The translations under genes were made by a program, and so were the position numbers. A model generated the notes under the pieces. That model saw only the letters and a list, made by a program, of their open reading frames with translations, had not been told where the DNA came from and did no database searches. From assembly GCA_951406725.2 (NCBI GenBank), contig OX597829.1, forward strand, positions 52,390,001-52,454,000: a DNA stretch of 64,000 nt, in the 5' to 3' direction. Shown here piece by piece: positions 1-11,324 of the stretch (its first letter is position 1; each line of letters opens with the position of its first letter). The stretch comes from Octopus vulgaris (Eukaryota).

Positions 1-1076
1 AATTAAAATCTTCCACCAAACCTTAGTCACAATTTATGTTCCTAACACTAGCTTAATGATAACTAAGTTATTTTACTAAATTCATTGTTATATTGAAAAT
101 TAATTGAAAGAAACACAGAGCATCTTAACAGAAATATGGTCATGAAAGGGTTAAAATATATAAACAATTCTTAACCCTTTTGATACCAACTGCCTCTGGC
201 TCTGTAGTACAAATGTTTTGTTTTCATAAGTTTTGAATTAAAATCTTCCACCAAACCTTAGTCACAATTTATGTTCCTAACACTAGCTTAATGATAACTA
301 AGTTATTTTACTAAATTCTTTGTTATATTGAAAACAATTGAAAGAAACACAGAGCATCTTAACAGAAATATGGTCATTAAACAATTCTTAACCCTTTTGA
401 TACCAACTGCCTCTGGCTCTGTAGTACAAATGTTTTGTTTTCATAAGTTTTGAATTAAAATCTTCCACCAAACCTTAGTCACAATTTATGTTCCTAACAC
501 TAGCTTAATGATAACTAAGTTATTTTGCTAAATTCTTTGTTATATTTAAAATTAATTGAAAGAAACACAGAGCATCTTAACAGAAATATGGTCATGAAAG
601 GGTTAAAATATATAAACAATTCTTAACCCTTTTGATACCAACTGCCTCTGGCTCTGTAGTACAAATGTTTTGTTTTCATAAGTTTTGAATTAAAATCTTC
701 CACCAAACCTTAGTCACAATTTATGTTCCTAACACTAGCTTAATGATAACTAAGTTATTTTACTAAATTCTTTGTTATATTTAAAATTAATTGAAAGAAA
801 CACAGAGCATCTTAACAGAAATATGGTCATGAAAGGGTTAAAATATATAAACAATTCTTAACCCTTTTGATACCAACTGCCTCTGGCTCTGTAGTACAAA
901 TGTTTTGTTTTCATAAGTTTTGAATTAAAATCTTCCACCAAACCTTAGTCACAATTTATGTTCCTAACACTAGCTTAATGATAACTAAGTTATTTTACTA
1001 AATTCTTTGTTATATTTAAAATTAATTGAAAGAAACACAGAGCATCTCAACAGAAATACAGTAATGCAAGGGTTAA
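1..1076 (+). repeat. Tandem array (~235-bp period, 4 full units plus 1 partial) of a piggyBac-like MITE (family A)
   Basis: Units start TTAA-CCCTTT at 171, 388, 623, 858 and end AAGGG-TTAA at 154, 606, 841, 1076, with a 16-bp spacer. The unit starting at 171 has lost its right TIR. Confidence 0.9.
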
Positions 1077-1386
1077 GTGATATAATCCCAGGTACACTAG
1101 GTTTAAAAAATAAAGAGAGAGCATAGTCATAGCCAGAGGGTCAACAACAACAATAGAAACAGCAACAACAACAAAAACAACATTATGAATTATACAGGTC
1201 TGTGGTACTGACATACAATTAGATGAACTCAACCACGAAGAGATAAGTATCTTGGTCATAGGCAAACAGCTGTAGTAACACTAGATTGTCTTCTAACATA
1301 ATTACGAGGTGATCAACTTTGGTGGGATTCGATCTCAGAATGTAAAAAGCTTTAACTCACTTCTGCAAAGCATTTTGTTAGCTACT

Positions 1387-1586
1387 TTAACCTTTTAACA
1401 TTTAAATTGGTCCTATCCAACCCAAATATTCTACCCCGTACCATATTTACCCTACAATATCATTCTAAAAATAACCAATCACATCATCAAAATCTCAAAG
1501 CTATGAGATAATGCATGATTAATTGAAAACAGCAGGAATAAATAAGTATTACATCTGACAGAGTAATCTGAATGCTAAAGGGTTAA
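1387..1586 (+). mobile_element. piggyBac-like MITE (family B)
   Basis: TTAA-CCTTTTAACATT ... AATGCTAAAGGG-TTAA. Related copies at ~34222-34634 (dimer), 37112-37321, 43340-44135 (interrupted) and 61599-61998. Confidence 0.8.
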
Positions 1587-2189
1587 ACTAACCGCTTCTG
1601 GCTTCTCACACTTACCTTACAATGTCCTCCTAAAAATTGTCACATCACTGAAATCTCTTAGCTACAAGATAATCCATGGTTAATTAAAAATAATGTGAAT
1701 AGATAAGCAGTACATTTGACAGAATAATCAAAACGCCGAGGAGTTGATGCTTCTGATAAGTGGTATGATATTAGTGATGAACTTCTTTGATGTAGCCTTG
1801 TACTCCATTGGCCGAGACATTTTGGTTCTCAATACTCATCTCGAGATAACATATACAGGTATACCTCTGCTTACTTCTGGTAATTGGTTCTAAGATGTGA
1901 CTAATCTCAAAAAGTGACATAACATTAAAAAAAGCATTTAAAAAAATTTATTAGTTTATATTTGTTTTAATAAATGATTTGTACATATTTTTGTATGTAT
2001 TTCATTTGATTTTCACTTCAGTATTGGGTCTTTAGATGTTTTTTATTTAAAAATATGTATGTTTTTAAATATGTTTGCTGAGACTAATGTAAAACCAAAT
2101 ATATTGATTGAAGGTGAGCTTTATTTTTTCCTCCGTTAATTAAAAAAAAAAATGAGGTAAAGTTAAAAGGGACAACTCAAAACAACCTA

Positions 2190-2552
2190 ACTCTTTTACT
2201 TGTTTCAGTCATTTGACTGCGGCCATGCTGGAGCACCGCCTTTAGTCAAGCAAATTGACGCTAGGATTTATTCTTTGTAAATCTAGTACTTATTCTTTCG
2301 GTCACTTTTGCTGAACTGCTAAGATACGGGGACGTAAACACACCAGCATCAGTTGTCAAGCGATGTTGGGGAGACAAACACAGACACACAAACTTATACA
2401 CATACATACATACATGCATACATATACATACATACACACACACACATATATATATATACATAAATCCACTCACAAGGCTTTGGTCGGCCTTAGGTTATAG
2501 TAGAAGACACTTGCCCAAGGTGCCATGCAGTGGGACTGAACCTGGAACCATG
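2190..2552 (-). mobile_element. tRNA-derived SINE family A, 5'-truncated
   Basis: Reverse complement matches the SINE at 13842-14168 (B-box GGTTCAGTCCC, CCTTGGGCAAGTGTCTTCT core, GACTGAAACAAGTAAAAGAG tail). Confidence 0.85.
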
Positions 2553-2929
2553 TCATTTCATTTATTCTGATATTGCCGTTGTTGTTAAGCTTCAACTCAG
2601 CCCTAATTGAACAAACTAGGATCATCAGTTTTCATTTTTCTTGGCATAGTGTAAATTTTTTTCTAAGTCAGTAGAATATGATTTCAGGGAGAACTGGCTG
2701 CTGTTTCTAGCAGATGAACAACTAAATGGATATTCCCTGCAGTATGTGCAGTATGAATATCATTTCTAAAAAAAAAAGAAAAAAAAGGAAAAGAAGAAAA
2801 ACCCAAATGAAAACTGTCTTCAGTTGGGGAATTTAAAATTGTGTTTTTCACAATGTTTAAGGTTTTAGATTTCATAAAGGATTAAAATAAACGATTGATT
2901 TGAAAATACTAATTTTCAAGTCTTGACAT

Positions 2930-3560
2930 TCATCATCATCATTTAGCATCCGTTTTCCATGCTAGCATGGGTTGGACAGTTCAACTGGGGTCTGTGAAGC
3001 TGGAAGGCTTCATCAGGCCCAGTCAGATCTGGCAGTGTTTCTATGGCTGGATGCCCTTCCTAACGCCAACCACTCCGTGAGTGTAGTGGGTGCTTTTTAC
3101 GTGCCACCCGCACAGGTGCCAGACAGAGCTGGCAAATGGCCACGAACGGATGGTGCTTTTACATGTCACTGGCACGGGGGCCAGGCGAGGCTGGCAAACG
3201 GCCACGAACGGATGGTGCTTTTACATGTCACCGGCACGGGGGCCAGGCGAGGCTGGCAACGGACACGAATGGATGGTGCTTTTACGTGCCACCGACACGG
3301 GGCCAGACAGAGCTGGCAAACGGCCACGAACGGACGGTGCTTTTATGTGTCACCGGCACGGGGGCCAGACGAGGCTGGCAACGGACACGAACGGATGGTG
3401 CTTTTTATGTGCCACCAACACGGGGGCCAGACAGAGCTGGCAAACGGCCACGAAACGGATGGTGCTTTTACGTGTCACCGGCACGGGAGCCAGGCGAGGC
3501 TGGCAACGGACACGAACGGACACGAACGGAAGGTGCTTTTACGTGCCACCGACACGGGGG
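2930..3560 (-). mobile_element. SINE 3' part with (ATG)n tail carrying an expanded GC-rich ~61-bp minisatellite
   Basis: Minus-strand TTGGCGTTAGGAAGGGCATCCAGCC motif and (CAT)n tail. Homologous copies at ~5036-5260, 32695-32910, 48470-48680 and 59712-59850. Confidence 0.75.
3089..3560. repeat. GC-rich minisatellite, ~61-bp unit, ~8 copies, two alternating variants
   Basis: Repeating GGTGCTTTTAC(G/A)TG(C/T)CACCGGCACGGGGGCCAG..CTGGCAA..GG(C/A)CACGAACGGAT. It explains the three overlapping ORFs at 2972-3594. Confidence 0.92.
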
Positions 3561-5542
3561 AATAAAATATCATATAATCAAGACAGGTAATTAATTGTAA
3601 TTAATTGTAAATCTGATAATTAGAGGTGAAATAGTCTGCCTGAATATGACTGACAGACTGTTTGTGGACTGATAGAATTTTGTAATAAAGGTTAAAGATC
3701 ATAACTCTGATAAAATAGCCATCTACATATCATATTTAATGTATGTACACTGTTGATAGGCCAGTTACAACAGGGTTTGTCCGGAGATAACATCTCTTAT
3801 GGACTTAGTGTGTGAAAAACATGATAACTAACACAGCATGGCTGATTAATGCAGCAAGTCAATAAAAGATGTCATCTCAGGAAAAATACCGCAGTTACTG
3901 GCTTATAGACAGCATACTGTGAGAAGCAGTATTTAATTTCATCAACTCGAAAAAGTATATTGTATGATTTTTCCATGTAATTCATAAAGGAAATCAGCAA
4001 TATTTCTATCCTTTATATCTTTTCACACTAAATTTTTCTGAAAAGAAGGCTTCTGTCAGTGAAAGTTGATTATGCATTTGCACATGTATGTGCTGATCTG
4101 GGTAAGAGTTTCTGACGAAGGTTAGCAGTTATCCATGCAAGCAAGTCTCCCTCCACATTTACCCAAGGAAAACGCCACAGACTTGGCACCAATTTTGTCA
4201 TAGACAGTGATGTCAGAACACAAATAATTGAAAACAGATATAGGAACAAGCATGGCTGTGTGGTAAGACGCTGGCTTTTAAACCATGTGATCTTGAGTTC
4301 AGTCTCCCTGTGTCATAGCTTGGAAAAGTGTCTTCTACAATAGTTCCAGGTCAACAAAGCCTTGTGGATATATATCGTAGACAGAAACTAAAAGAAGCCT
4401 ATTATATATATATATATAAAAGTTAAATAATGAGGGTAGAAATTAATATTAATTAATATGAAGTTAAACCAGTGGTCTAGCATACTTAAAAATCTAAAGA
4501 TTAAGAAATAATTTATATATATATATATATATATTTTTTCTCTCTCTTTATTTTCTCTCCCTGTTTCTTTCTGTGTTCCTTTCTGTGGAAGAGTGTAGGC
4601 TCGAAGCATTAAAGACTTTTCCACATTCCGCATGTTAAACTAATACATCTGTTTGTTGTCTACACCACCTGTCTTCGTCTTTTGTCTTTTTTGTGAATTC
4701 TCAATTGTGTATTTCAATAAGTAACAAATAATTCAGCATAAAATATTTGCAAAGATATCATTCCCTGTATTTATTATCTAGGGTAATATAAGTAAATTGA
4801 TAATAACAGAATTAATAATATAGGCGATTGTTGGCCTGAAAAAGCATTAAATAGCTAAAGGATTAAAATTTATAATAAATCAAAGGACATATTGAGCATG
4901 TCTAAGGCTTGAAAACAGTTGATTTCTGTAGTTATTATGAGTGTTATTTTTTTAGTGGTTTAAATAAGAATTTTGACTGTTATTTCCAGCAGGTAGACAT
5001 ACTCAGTATGTCCTTTGATTAATACATATTATATCATCAGCATCATCATCATTATCATTTAACATCTGTTGTTCTTGCTGGCATGGGTTGGACAGTTTGA
5101 CCAGGACTGGCCAGCTGGAAGGCTGCAGCAGACTCCAGTCTGATTTGACATAGTATTCTATGGCTGGATACCTTTCCTAACACCAACTACTCTGAGAGCG
5201 CAAAGGGTATTTTTATGTGCTACCAGCATGGGTGCCATTAGTATAACACCAGTACCGGCCATGACTGATTTTGCTCAGTTTGATGGGTCTTCTCAAGAAT
5301 GACATGATGCCAAAGGTCATGGTCATTGCCTTCATGTGGTGCAACACTTGAAAGAACTCAGCCACTTTGCCACTGTAAAGCTCAACGCTCGAATATTACG
5401 AATCGTCTTGGCCTAACGGCCCTTATTGTCTGTTTTGTTGATTGTTTACTTTGTGTGTCCACTCTGTTAATTTTGTTGTTGTTTGTTCATTTGAAGCCTT
5501 AACTCTCCACAAATTTTATATTTTTAAAATTTCTGGATGCTG

Positions 5543-5620
5543 CTGTCTTATGAAGTTTTCCTATCTTGTCGTTAAAAGCACGAAATAGGGAGTAGTAAAA
5601 CAGTCGACAACTGATGAGTG
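5543..5620 (+). ncRNA. Putative non-circularly permuted (pseudoknotted) hammerhead ribozyme, copy 1
   Basis: TTCCT-ATC (triplet 5563-5565), TTGTCG, linker, CAC-GAAA-TAGGGA ... CGACAA-CTGATGA-GTG. Stems III, I and II all pair. Confidence 0.7.
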
Positions 5621-5712
5621 AGTTATCTTCTTTTGGTGTTTTGTCCTGTACTTATCTGTCGTGTGTGTACGTACTTTTCACTTGTTGATGTCCAATAATT
5701 GTTGCGTATGCT

Positions 5713-6701
5713 TTGGTATTTTGTCCTGTACTTACCTCTTGTGTGTTTACGCATTTTCTCCTGTTAGTAATGTCCTGTACTAATTGCGTATAGTTTGGTA
5801 TTTTGTCCTGTACTTACCTCTTGTGTGTTTACGCATTTTCTCCAGTTAGTAATGTCCTGTACTAATTGCGTATAGTTTTGGTATTTTGTCCTGTACTTAC
5901 CTCTTGTGTGTTTACGCATTTTCTCCTGTTAGTAATGTCCTGTACTAATTGCGTATAGTTTGGTATTTTGTCCTGTACTTACCTCTTGTGTGTTTACGCA
6001 TTTTCTCCTGTTAGTAATGTCCTGTACTAATTGCGTATAGTTTGGTATTTTGTCCTGTACTTACCTCTTGTGTGTTTACGCATTTTCTCCTGTTAGTAAT
6101 GTCCTGTACTAATTGCGTATAGTTTGGTATTTTGTCCTGTACTTACCTCTTGTGTGTTTACGCATTTTCACCTGTTAGTAATGTCCTGTACTAATTGCGT
6201 ATAGTTTGGTATTTTGTCCTGTACTTACCTCTTGTGTGTTTACGCATTTTCTCCTGTTAGTAATGTCCTGTACTAATTGCGTATAGTTTGGTATTTTGTC
6301 CTGTACTTACCTCTTGTGTGTTTACGCATTTTCTCCTGTTAGTAATGTCCTGTACTAATTGCGTATAGTTTGGTATTTTGTCCTGTACTTACCTCTTGTG
6401 TGTTTACGCATTTTCACCTGTTAGTAATGTCCTGTACTAATTGCGTATAGTTTGGTATTTTGTCCTGTACTTACCTCTTGTGTGTTTACGCATTTTCTCC
6501 TGTTAGTAATGTCCTGTACTAATTGCGTATAGTTTGGTATTTTGTCCTGTACTTACCTCTTGTGTGTTTACGCATTTTCTCCTGTTAGTAATGTCCTGTA
6601 CTAATTGCGTATAGTTTGGTATTTTGTCCTGTACTTATCTCTCATGTGTTTGCATATTTTTCACCTGTTAGTGATGTCCTGTACTAATTGCTTATGGTTT
6701 G
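5713..6701. repeat. 82-bp tandem satellite, 12 copies (11 near-identical), continuing diverged at 10935-11150
   Basis: Unit TTGGTATTTTGTCCTGTACTTACCTCTTGTGTGTTTACGCATTTTCTCCTGTTAGTAATGTCCTGTACTAATTGCGTATAGT at 5713, 5795, 5878, 5960 etc. TGTCCTGTACT occurs twice per unit. Confidence 0.95.
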
Positions 6702-6797
6702 TGTTGTGTGGACGCCTGCAGATGATGACGTATGCTAGCCCAATACATAGATATGGAGGGAGAAGTAGTAGAGGCCATCCGAACGTGTGACATAACA
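6702..6797 (+). repeat. 5' LTR (96 bp)
   Basis: TGTTGTGTGG...CATAACA. Aligns to 10822-10934 with ~11 substitutions and one 17-bp indel. Confidence 0.9.
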
Positions 6798-6798
6798 G

Positions 6799-6865
6799 TG
6801 GTGACGAGGACTTTGTAGCTCACACAGCCACTGTGTAGTATTGCGATATAACAGTGGCGACGAGG
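6799..6865 (+). promoter_or_regulatory. Two primer-binding sites complementary to the tRNA-Ser(GCU) 3' end
   Basis: TGGTGACGAGGA at 6799 and TGGCGACGAGG at 6855, each preceded by TAACAG. tRNA-Ser(GCU) ends ...CCUCGUCGCCA. Confidence 0.75.
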
Positions 6866-6882
6866 TTTCGAATAGTACCAAA

Positions 6883-7700
6883 ATGGAAGAGTTACAGAAA
6901 GCAGTTGTAAAACAACAGGAGCAGCAGCTACAGAAGTTAACAGAGTTGTTACTGCAGCCGAGCAATACGACAGAATCATTTTCAGCAGATGGCGTTGCAA
7001 ATTCCATCGAAGATTTTCACTACAATCCGGATGAAGGAACTACTTTTGCTGCATATTAGGAAGACGATACGAAGACATATTCCGAGGGGAATGCAAGGGA
7101 TGGCCTAGTGAAAGGAAGGTAAAGCTCCTTTTGCGAATGCTTGCTACTCCGGAACACGAAAGTTTTTGTAACTTTATTTTGCCGAGAAAACCCGCGGAAT
7201 TGTGTTTTGATGAAATGATAAATATTTTGACTAATATTTTTAGCGAGAAAAGTCTGCAGTTTAACATTTGGTGAGAATGTTTAAATTTAAAGAAAAACGA
7301 GTCCGATGATTTTGTAACATATGCCGGTATGGTTAATAAGGCTTGCGAAAGGTTTAAGCAGGAAGAATTAATGCCAGATATGTTCAAGTGCCCAATATTC
7401 GTTAAAGGGCTAATGGCAACGGAAGACGCGGAAATTAGAAAAAGAATATTATCAAAGTTGAATCAAGATGTGAAACTCACTTTGCAGAAAATGGCTGAGG
7501 AATGCCAACAAATAATAAACCTTCGAGATGATACAAGAAAGATAGAAGACAAGAAAAATAATGTACAAATGTGTAAAGAAAGTACAGAAAGAAGGAAAAA
7601 TTTTAATTCAAAACGGTGCTATGGTTGCGGAGATCGGCATTTGAGGAAAGATTGCCCCTTTAAAGATAAAAGTGTGATAAAATTGGACATATACAGATAA
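6883..7700 (+). pseudogene. gag: gag of the gypsy element (stops and frameshifts)
   Basis: MEELQKAVVKQQEQQ...IEDFHYNPDEGTTFAAY, then a zinc knuckle CYGCGDRHLRKDC. Confidence 0.85.
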
Positions 7701-7799
7701 AATGCCGGTCAAAGAAAATGGTAAAATAGAAGGAAGTCTACTCAACAAAAGTAAATTATACCAGACAAAACCGAAAATTTGTATTGGTAGAAATAAATG

Positions 7800-10777
7800 G
7801 GTTTCAGACCAAAATGCAATTAGATACCAGTTCAGACGCATCGATAATAAATATGGCAACAGAGTAAGATAGGCAGGCCATTGTATAAAAAAAACCCTAC
7901 TAGAATAGCCTACGGTGTGTCAGGGGAACGAGTTCAATTCTTGGGCGAAATTTCACCAGAAATAAAACTTAAATACAGGACGCGGAAATGTAAACTAATG
8001 GTATCTAAGAATACAATGATTTAATGGAAGGATTTGACCTGTGGGATCTATCACTGAATACATTATGTAACAAGGTGAATGCGTTACAGTCCGTGTCAGA
8101 GAAAGCATCGGAAAAAATGAAATTAAAATTGAAAAAGATGTACCCTGATATTTTTTGGAAAGAGCTCGGTATGTGTAAAAAAATTAAAGTAAAGTTTGAG
8201 TTGAAAGAAGATGCGGTGCCGGTGTTCAAACCGAAAAGGAATGTACCTTTCACGACGTTAAATCAAGTTGAGAAGGAATTAAAAAGATTGGAAGACATGG
8301 AAGTAATTGAAAAAGTAGGTTACTCTGAGTGGGCAACTCCTACGATATATATGAAAAAAGAACAACGAGGTAAGAGTATGTGTGGACTTCTCAGCTGGTC
8401 TTAATGATTGTTTAAAAAATTTCAATTATCCGCTTCCAAACCCAGAAGAAATATTTGCTAAATGCAATGGTGGGAAAATTTTTCCAAGCTGAATTTGTCA
8501 GAGACCTACCTCCAATTACTGGTAGATGAAGAATGTGCTAAAGTATAAACAATCAATACTCATAAAGGTCTGTACCGTTTCAAAAGACTACCAGCTGGGG
8601 GTAAAGGGCGCACCAGCAATATTTCAGCAAGTAATGGATACTATGCTAGCAGATTGTGAGTTCGCGGTCCCATACTTGGATGACATATTGATCAAAAGTG
8701 AATCAAGGGATCAACATATCGAACATATAGAAGAGGTTTTCAAACGAATATGTGATTACGGGTTTAAAGTAAGGGAGGATAAATGTGAATTTTTCTTGAC
8801 AAAAATAAAGTACTTAGGACAGGTGATCGATGAAAACGGACGAAAACCGGAACCTTCTAGGATCGACGCCATAAAAAATATAAATGCCTGCTCCCACTAA
8901 CAAAACAAAACTATCAGCATTTTTAGGTTTGGTAAGTTATTACCAGTTGTACATACCTAAAATGTATGAGCTAAGAGTTCCGTTGAATAAGTTGCTAAAG
9001 AAGGACTCGAAATGGAGCTGGACAAACGAGTGCCAGAAATCATTCGAGGAATTAAAAAAGCGGTTAACATCAGAGTTATTAACTCATTTCGACCCAAATC
9101 TGAAAATAATTGTGGCATCGGATGCCAGTGAATATGGAATAGGAGCTGTGATATTGCATAAATTTAATGATGGTAAAATCAAAGCTATTGCACATGCATC
9201 GAGAGTTCTATTACCAGCAGAAAGAAACTACAGCCAGATTGAAAAAGAGGCGTTATCATTATTCTTCGCAGTAAAAAAATTCCATAAATTCTTACATGGG
9301 AGGAAGTTTACACTGCAAACGGATCACCGAATGTTATTGTCTATTTTTGATTCGAAAAAGGGTATCCCAACGCACTCAGCAAACTGCTTACAGCGCTGGG
9401 GGACTACCCTGTTGAACTACGATTCCCAGATGGAGTTTTTGCCATCAATGAAAATGGGACACGCAGACGGGTTGTCTAGGCTAATTCCAAAATATAAGAA
9501 ACCTTTTGAAGACACGGTGATTGCATCGTTAAAACTAGAAATGGAACTGAAGAACATTTTGTGCAATGTAGTACGTGATTTGCCGGTAACGCTGGAAGAA
9601 ATTAAATTGAAATCGGGAAACGATAGGTTCATAAACAAGATTTTAAAAATGTTGAGTAACACGAAAAATATAAATGAGCAGAACGCAGGTTCAAAGCACT
9701 ACTCAGTATGTGATGAGGTGTTATTATATGCACAAAGAGTGGTGATACCTGAAGCACTACAAAACAGAGTATTAAAGGACTTTCATGTAGGACATGCGGG
9801 GATTGTCCGGATGAAGAGCTTCATGAGGAGTTATGTTTATTGGCCGAATATGGACTAAATTGAGAGACTAAATTGACGCCCACAGTGCAGATTCAGCCGT
9901 GGCCAAAAACGGATTCGGCATGGTCTAGACTACATGTGGATTTCGCAGGACCATTAAATGGCTCTCATTATAACATTGTGGTGGATAGCTATTCCGAATG
10001 GCCTGAAGTGTGTAAATGTTTAAGAACAACCACAAGTGTGACTATTGACTTCTTGGAAGAACTGTTCGCTCGTTATGGAGTGCAAGATACGATCGTGTCG
10101 GATAATGGTACACAATTCACGGCGAAGGAGTTCGAAAGATTCTGTAAGTCGGTTCAGATGAATCATGTGTTAACTCCGCCATACCATCCAAGGTCAAATG
10201 GGTTAGCGGAAAGATTGGTCGACACATTCAAGAGAGCTTTAAGGAAGACCAGACGGGAAACCCTTGAAGATACAAATATGACAAAGTTTTTGCAGGTGTA
10301 TAGAATAACACCGAACCCAAATGCAGAGTCGGGTAGGTTACCCGCAGATTTGATGTTTTCCAGAAAACTTCGCTCTATTTTTGACAAATGGTTGCCGAGC
10401 AGGAAACAAAAAATACGGGAAGAAAAACGAAATTTTTTGACATAGGTGACAAAGTGTATTTTAAAATATATAGTAACGGAAAACAGGACTGGGAACAAGG
10501 AAGTATAACTGGACGTCTGGGTAATGTGATGTACACGGTAAAAGGACCAAAATATGAGCACAGAAGGCATTTAAACCAATTAAAAAAAAAAGATATACCA
10601 AAAAGCAAGAGAGGCGAGAAGACCCAATGGATATATGGTATGATTTGTTCGAGGTCCCAGAACCACAAGCAAATGCAGAACCGATACGTAGGTCGAACAG
10701 GAAGAGCAAAACCTGCAGAAATGATGGAAATTAACGCTAAGAGAAAAAGATATGCCAGTTTCTCACCGAGGAAATAA
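7800..10777 (+). pseudogene. pol: pol of the gypsy element (protease, RT, RNase H, integrase), frameshifted
   Basis: LDTSSD protease-like motif (~7819); RT GVKGAPAIFQ and PYLDDILI; RNase H ASDASEYGIG and RNYSQIEKEAL; integrase HVGHAG, HVDFAGP, VSDNGTQF, HPRSNGLAER. Confidence 0.95.
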
Positions 10778-10821
10778 AATTGATAAATTCGGGTTTAAAA
10801 AAAAAACTCAAAAGGGGGAGG

Positions 10822-10934
10822 TGTTGTGTGGACGACCCCAGACGATGAAGTAGACTAGCCCAATACGTAGATATAGAGGGAGAAGTCTAGACGTCAGGAG
10901 TTGAGTAGAGGTCATCCGAACGTGCGACATAACA
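10822..10934 (+). repeat. 3' LTR (113 bp)
   Basis: Follows the PPT. TGTTGTGTGG...CATAACA, then TSD GTTTG. Confidence 0.9.
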
Positions 10935-11246
10935 GTTTGGTATTTTGTCCTGTACTTATCTGTCGTGTGTTCATGTATTTTTCACCTGTTAGTGATGTCC
11001 TGTACTAATTGCGTATGGTTTGGTATTTTGTCCTGTACTTATCTCTCATGTGTTTGCATTATTTCACCTGTTAATGATTTCCTGTACTAATTGCGTATGG
11101 TTTCGTATTTTCTCCTGTACTTATCTCTCGTGTGTTTACGTATTTTTTGTATTTACTTTGTATGTCCACGCTGTTTTTGTTGTTATTTGTTCATTTGAAG
11201 ACCTAACTCTCCACAAATTTTATACTTTTAAAATTTCTGGATGCTG

Positions 11247-11324
11247 CTGTCTTATGAAGTTTTCCTATCTTGTCGTTAAAAGCACGAAATAGGGAGTAGT
11301 AAAACAGTCGACAACTGATGAGTG
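11247..11324 (+). ncRNA. Putative non-circularly permuted hammerhead ribozyme, copy 2 (identical to copy 1)
   Basis: ATC 11267-11269, GAAA 11286-11289, CTGATGA 11315-11321, same stems as 5543-5620. Confidence 0.7.

Larger units (their letters stand above)
6702..10934 (+). mobile_element. Ty3/gypsy LTR retrotransposon (Mag/K02A2.6-like), decayed
   Basis: TG..CA LTRs, 5-bp TSD GTTTG (6697-6701 and 10935-10939), PBS, PPT AAAAGGGGGAGG (10810-10821), and gag-PR-RT-RH-IN order. Confidence 0.96.

Noticed and set aside
1770-1890. Minus-strand short frame ending MSIENQNVSANGVQGYIKEVHH
   Set aside because: About 40 codons, weak splice context and no recognisable family.
2972-3594. Three overlapping 150-200 aa ORFs
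   Set aside because: Produced by a stop-free minisatellite inside a SINE; no recognisable domain.
5579-5620. Reading the motif as an ordinary type II hammerhead (GAAA before CTGATGA)
   Set aside because: Sequence between the two cores cannot form stems III and I. Their partners lie upstream of GAAA, hence the permuted model.
5713-6701. Regular array resembling CRISPR
   Set aside because: Units are fully repeated with no unique spacers, there are no cas genes, and the context is eukaryotic.
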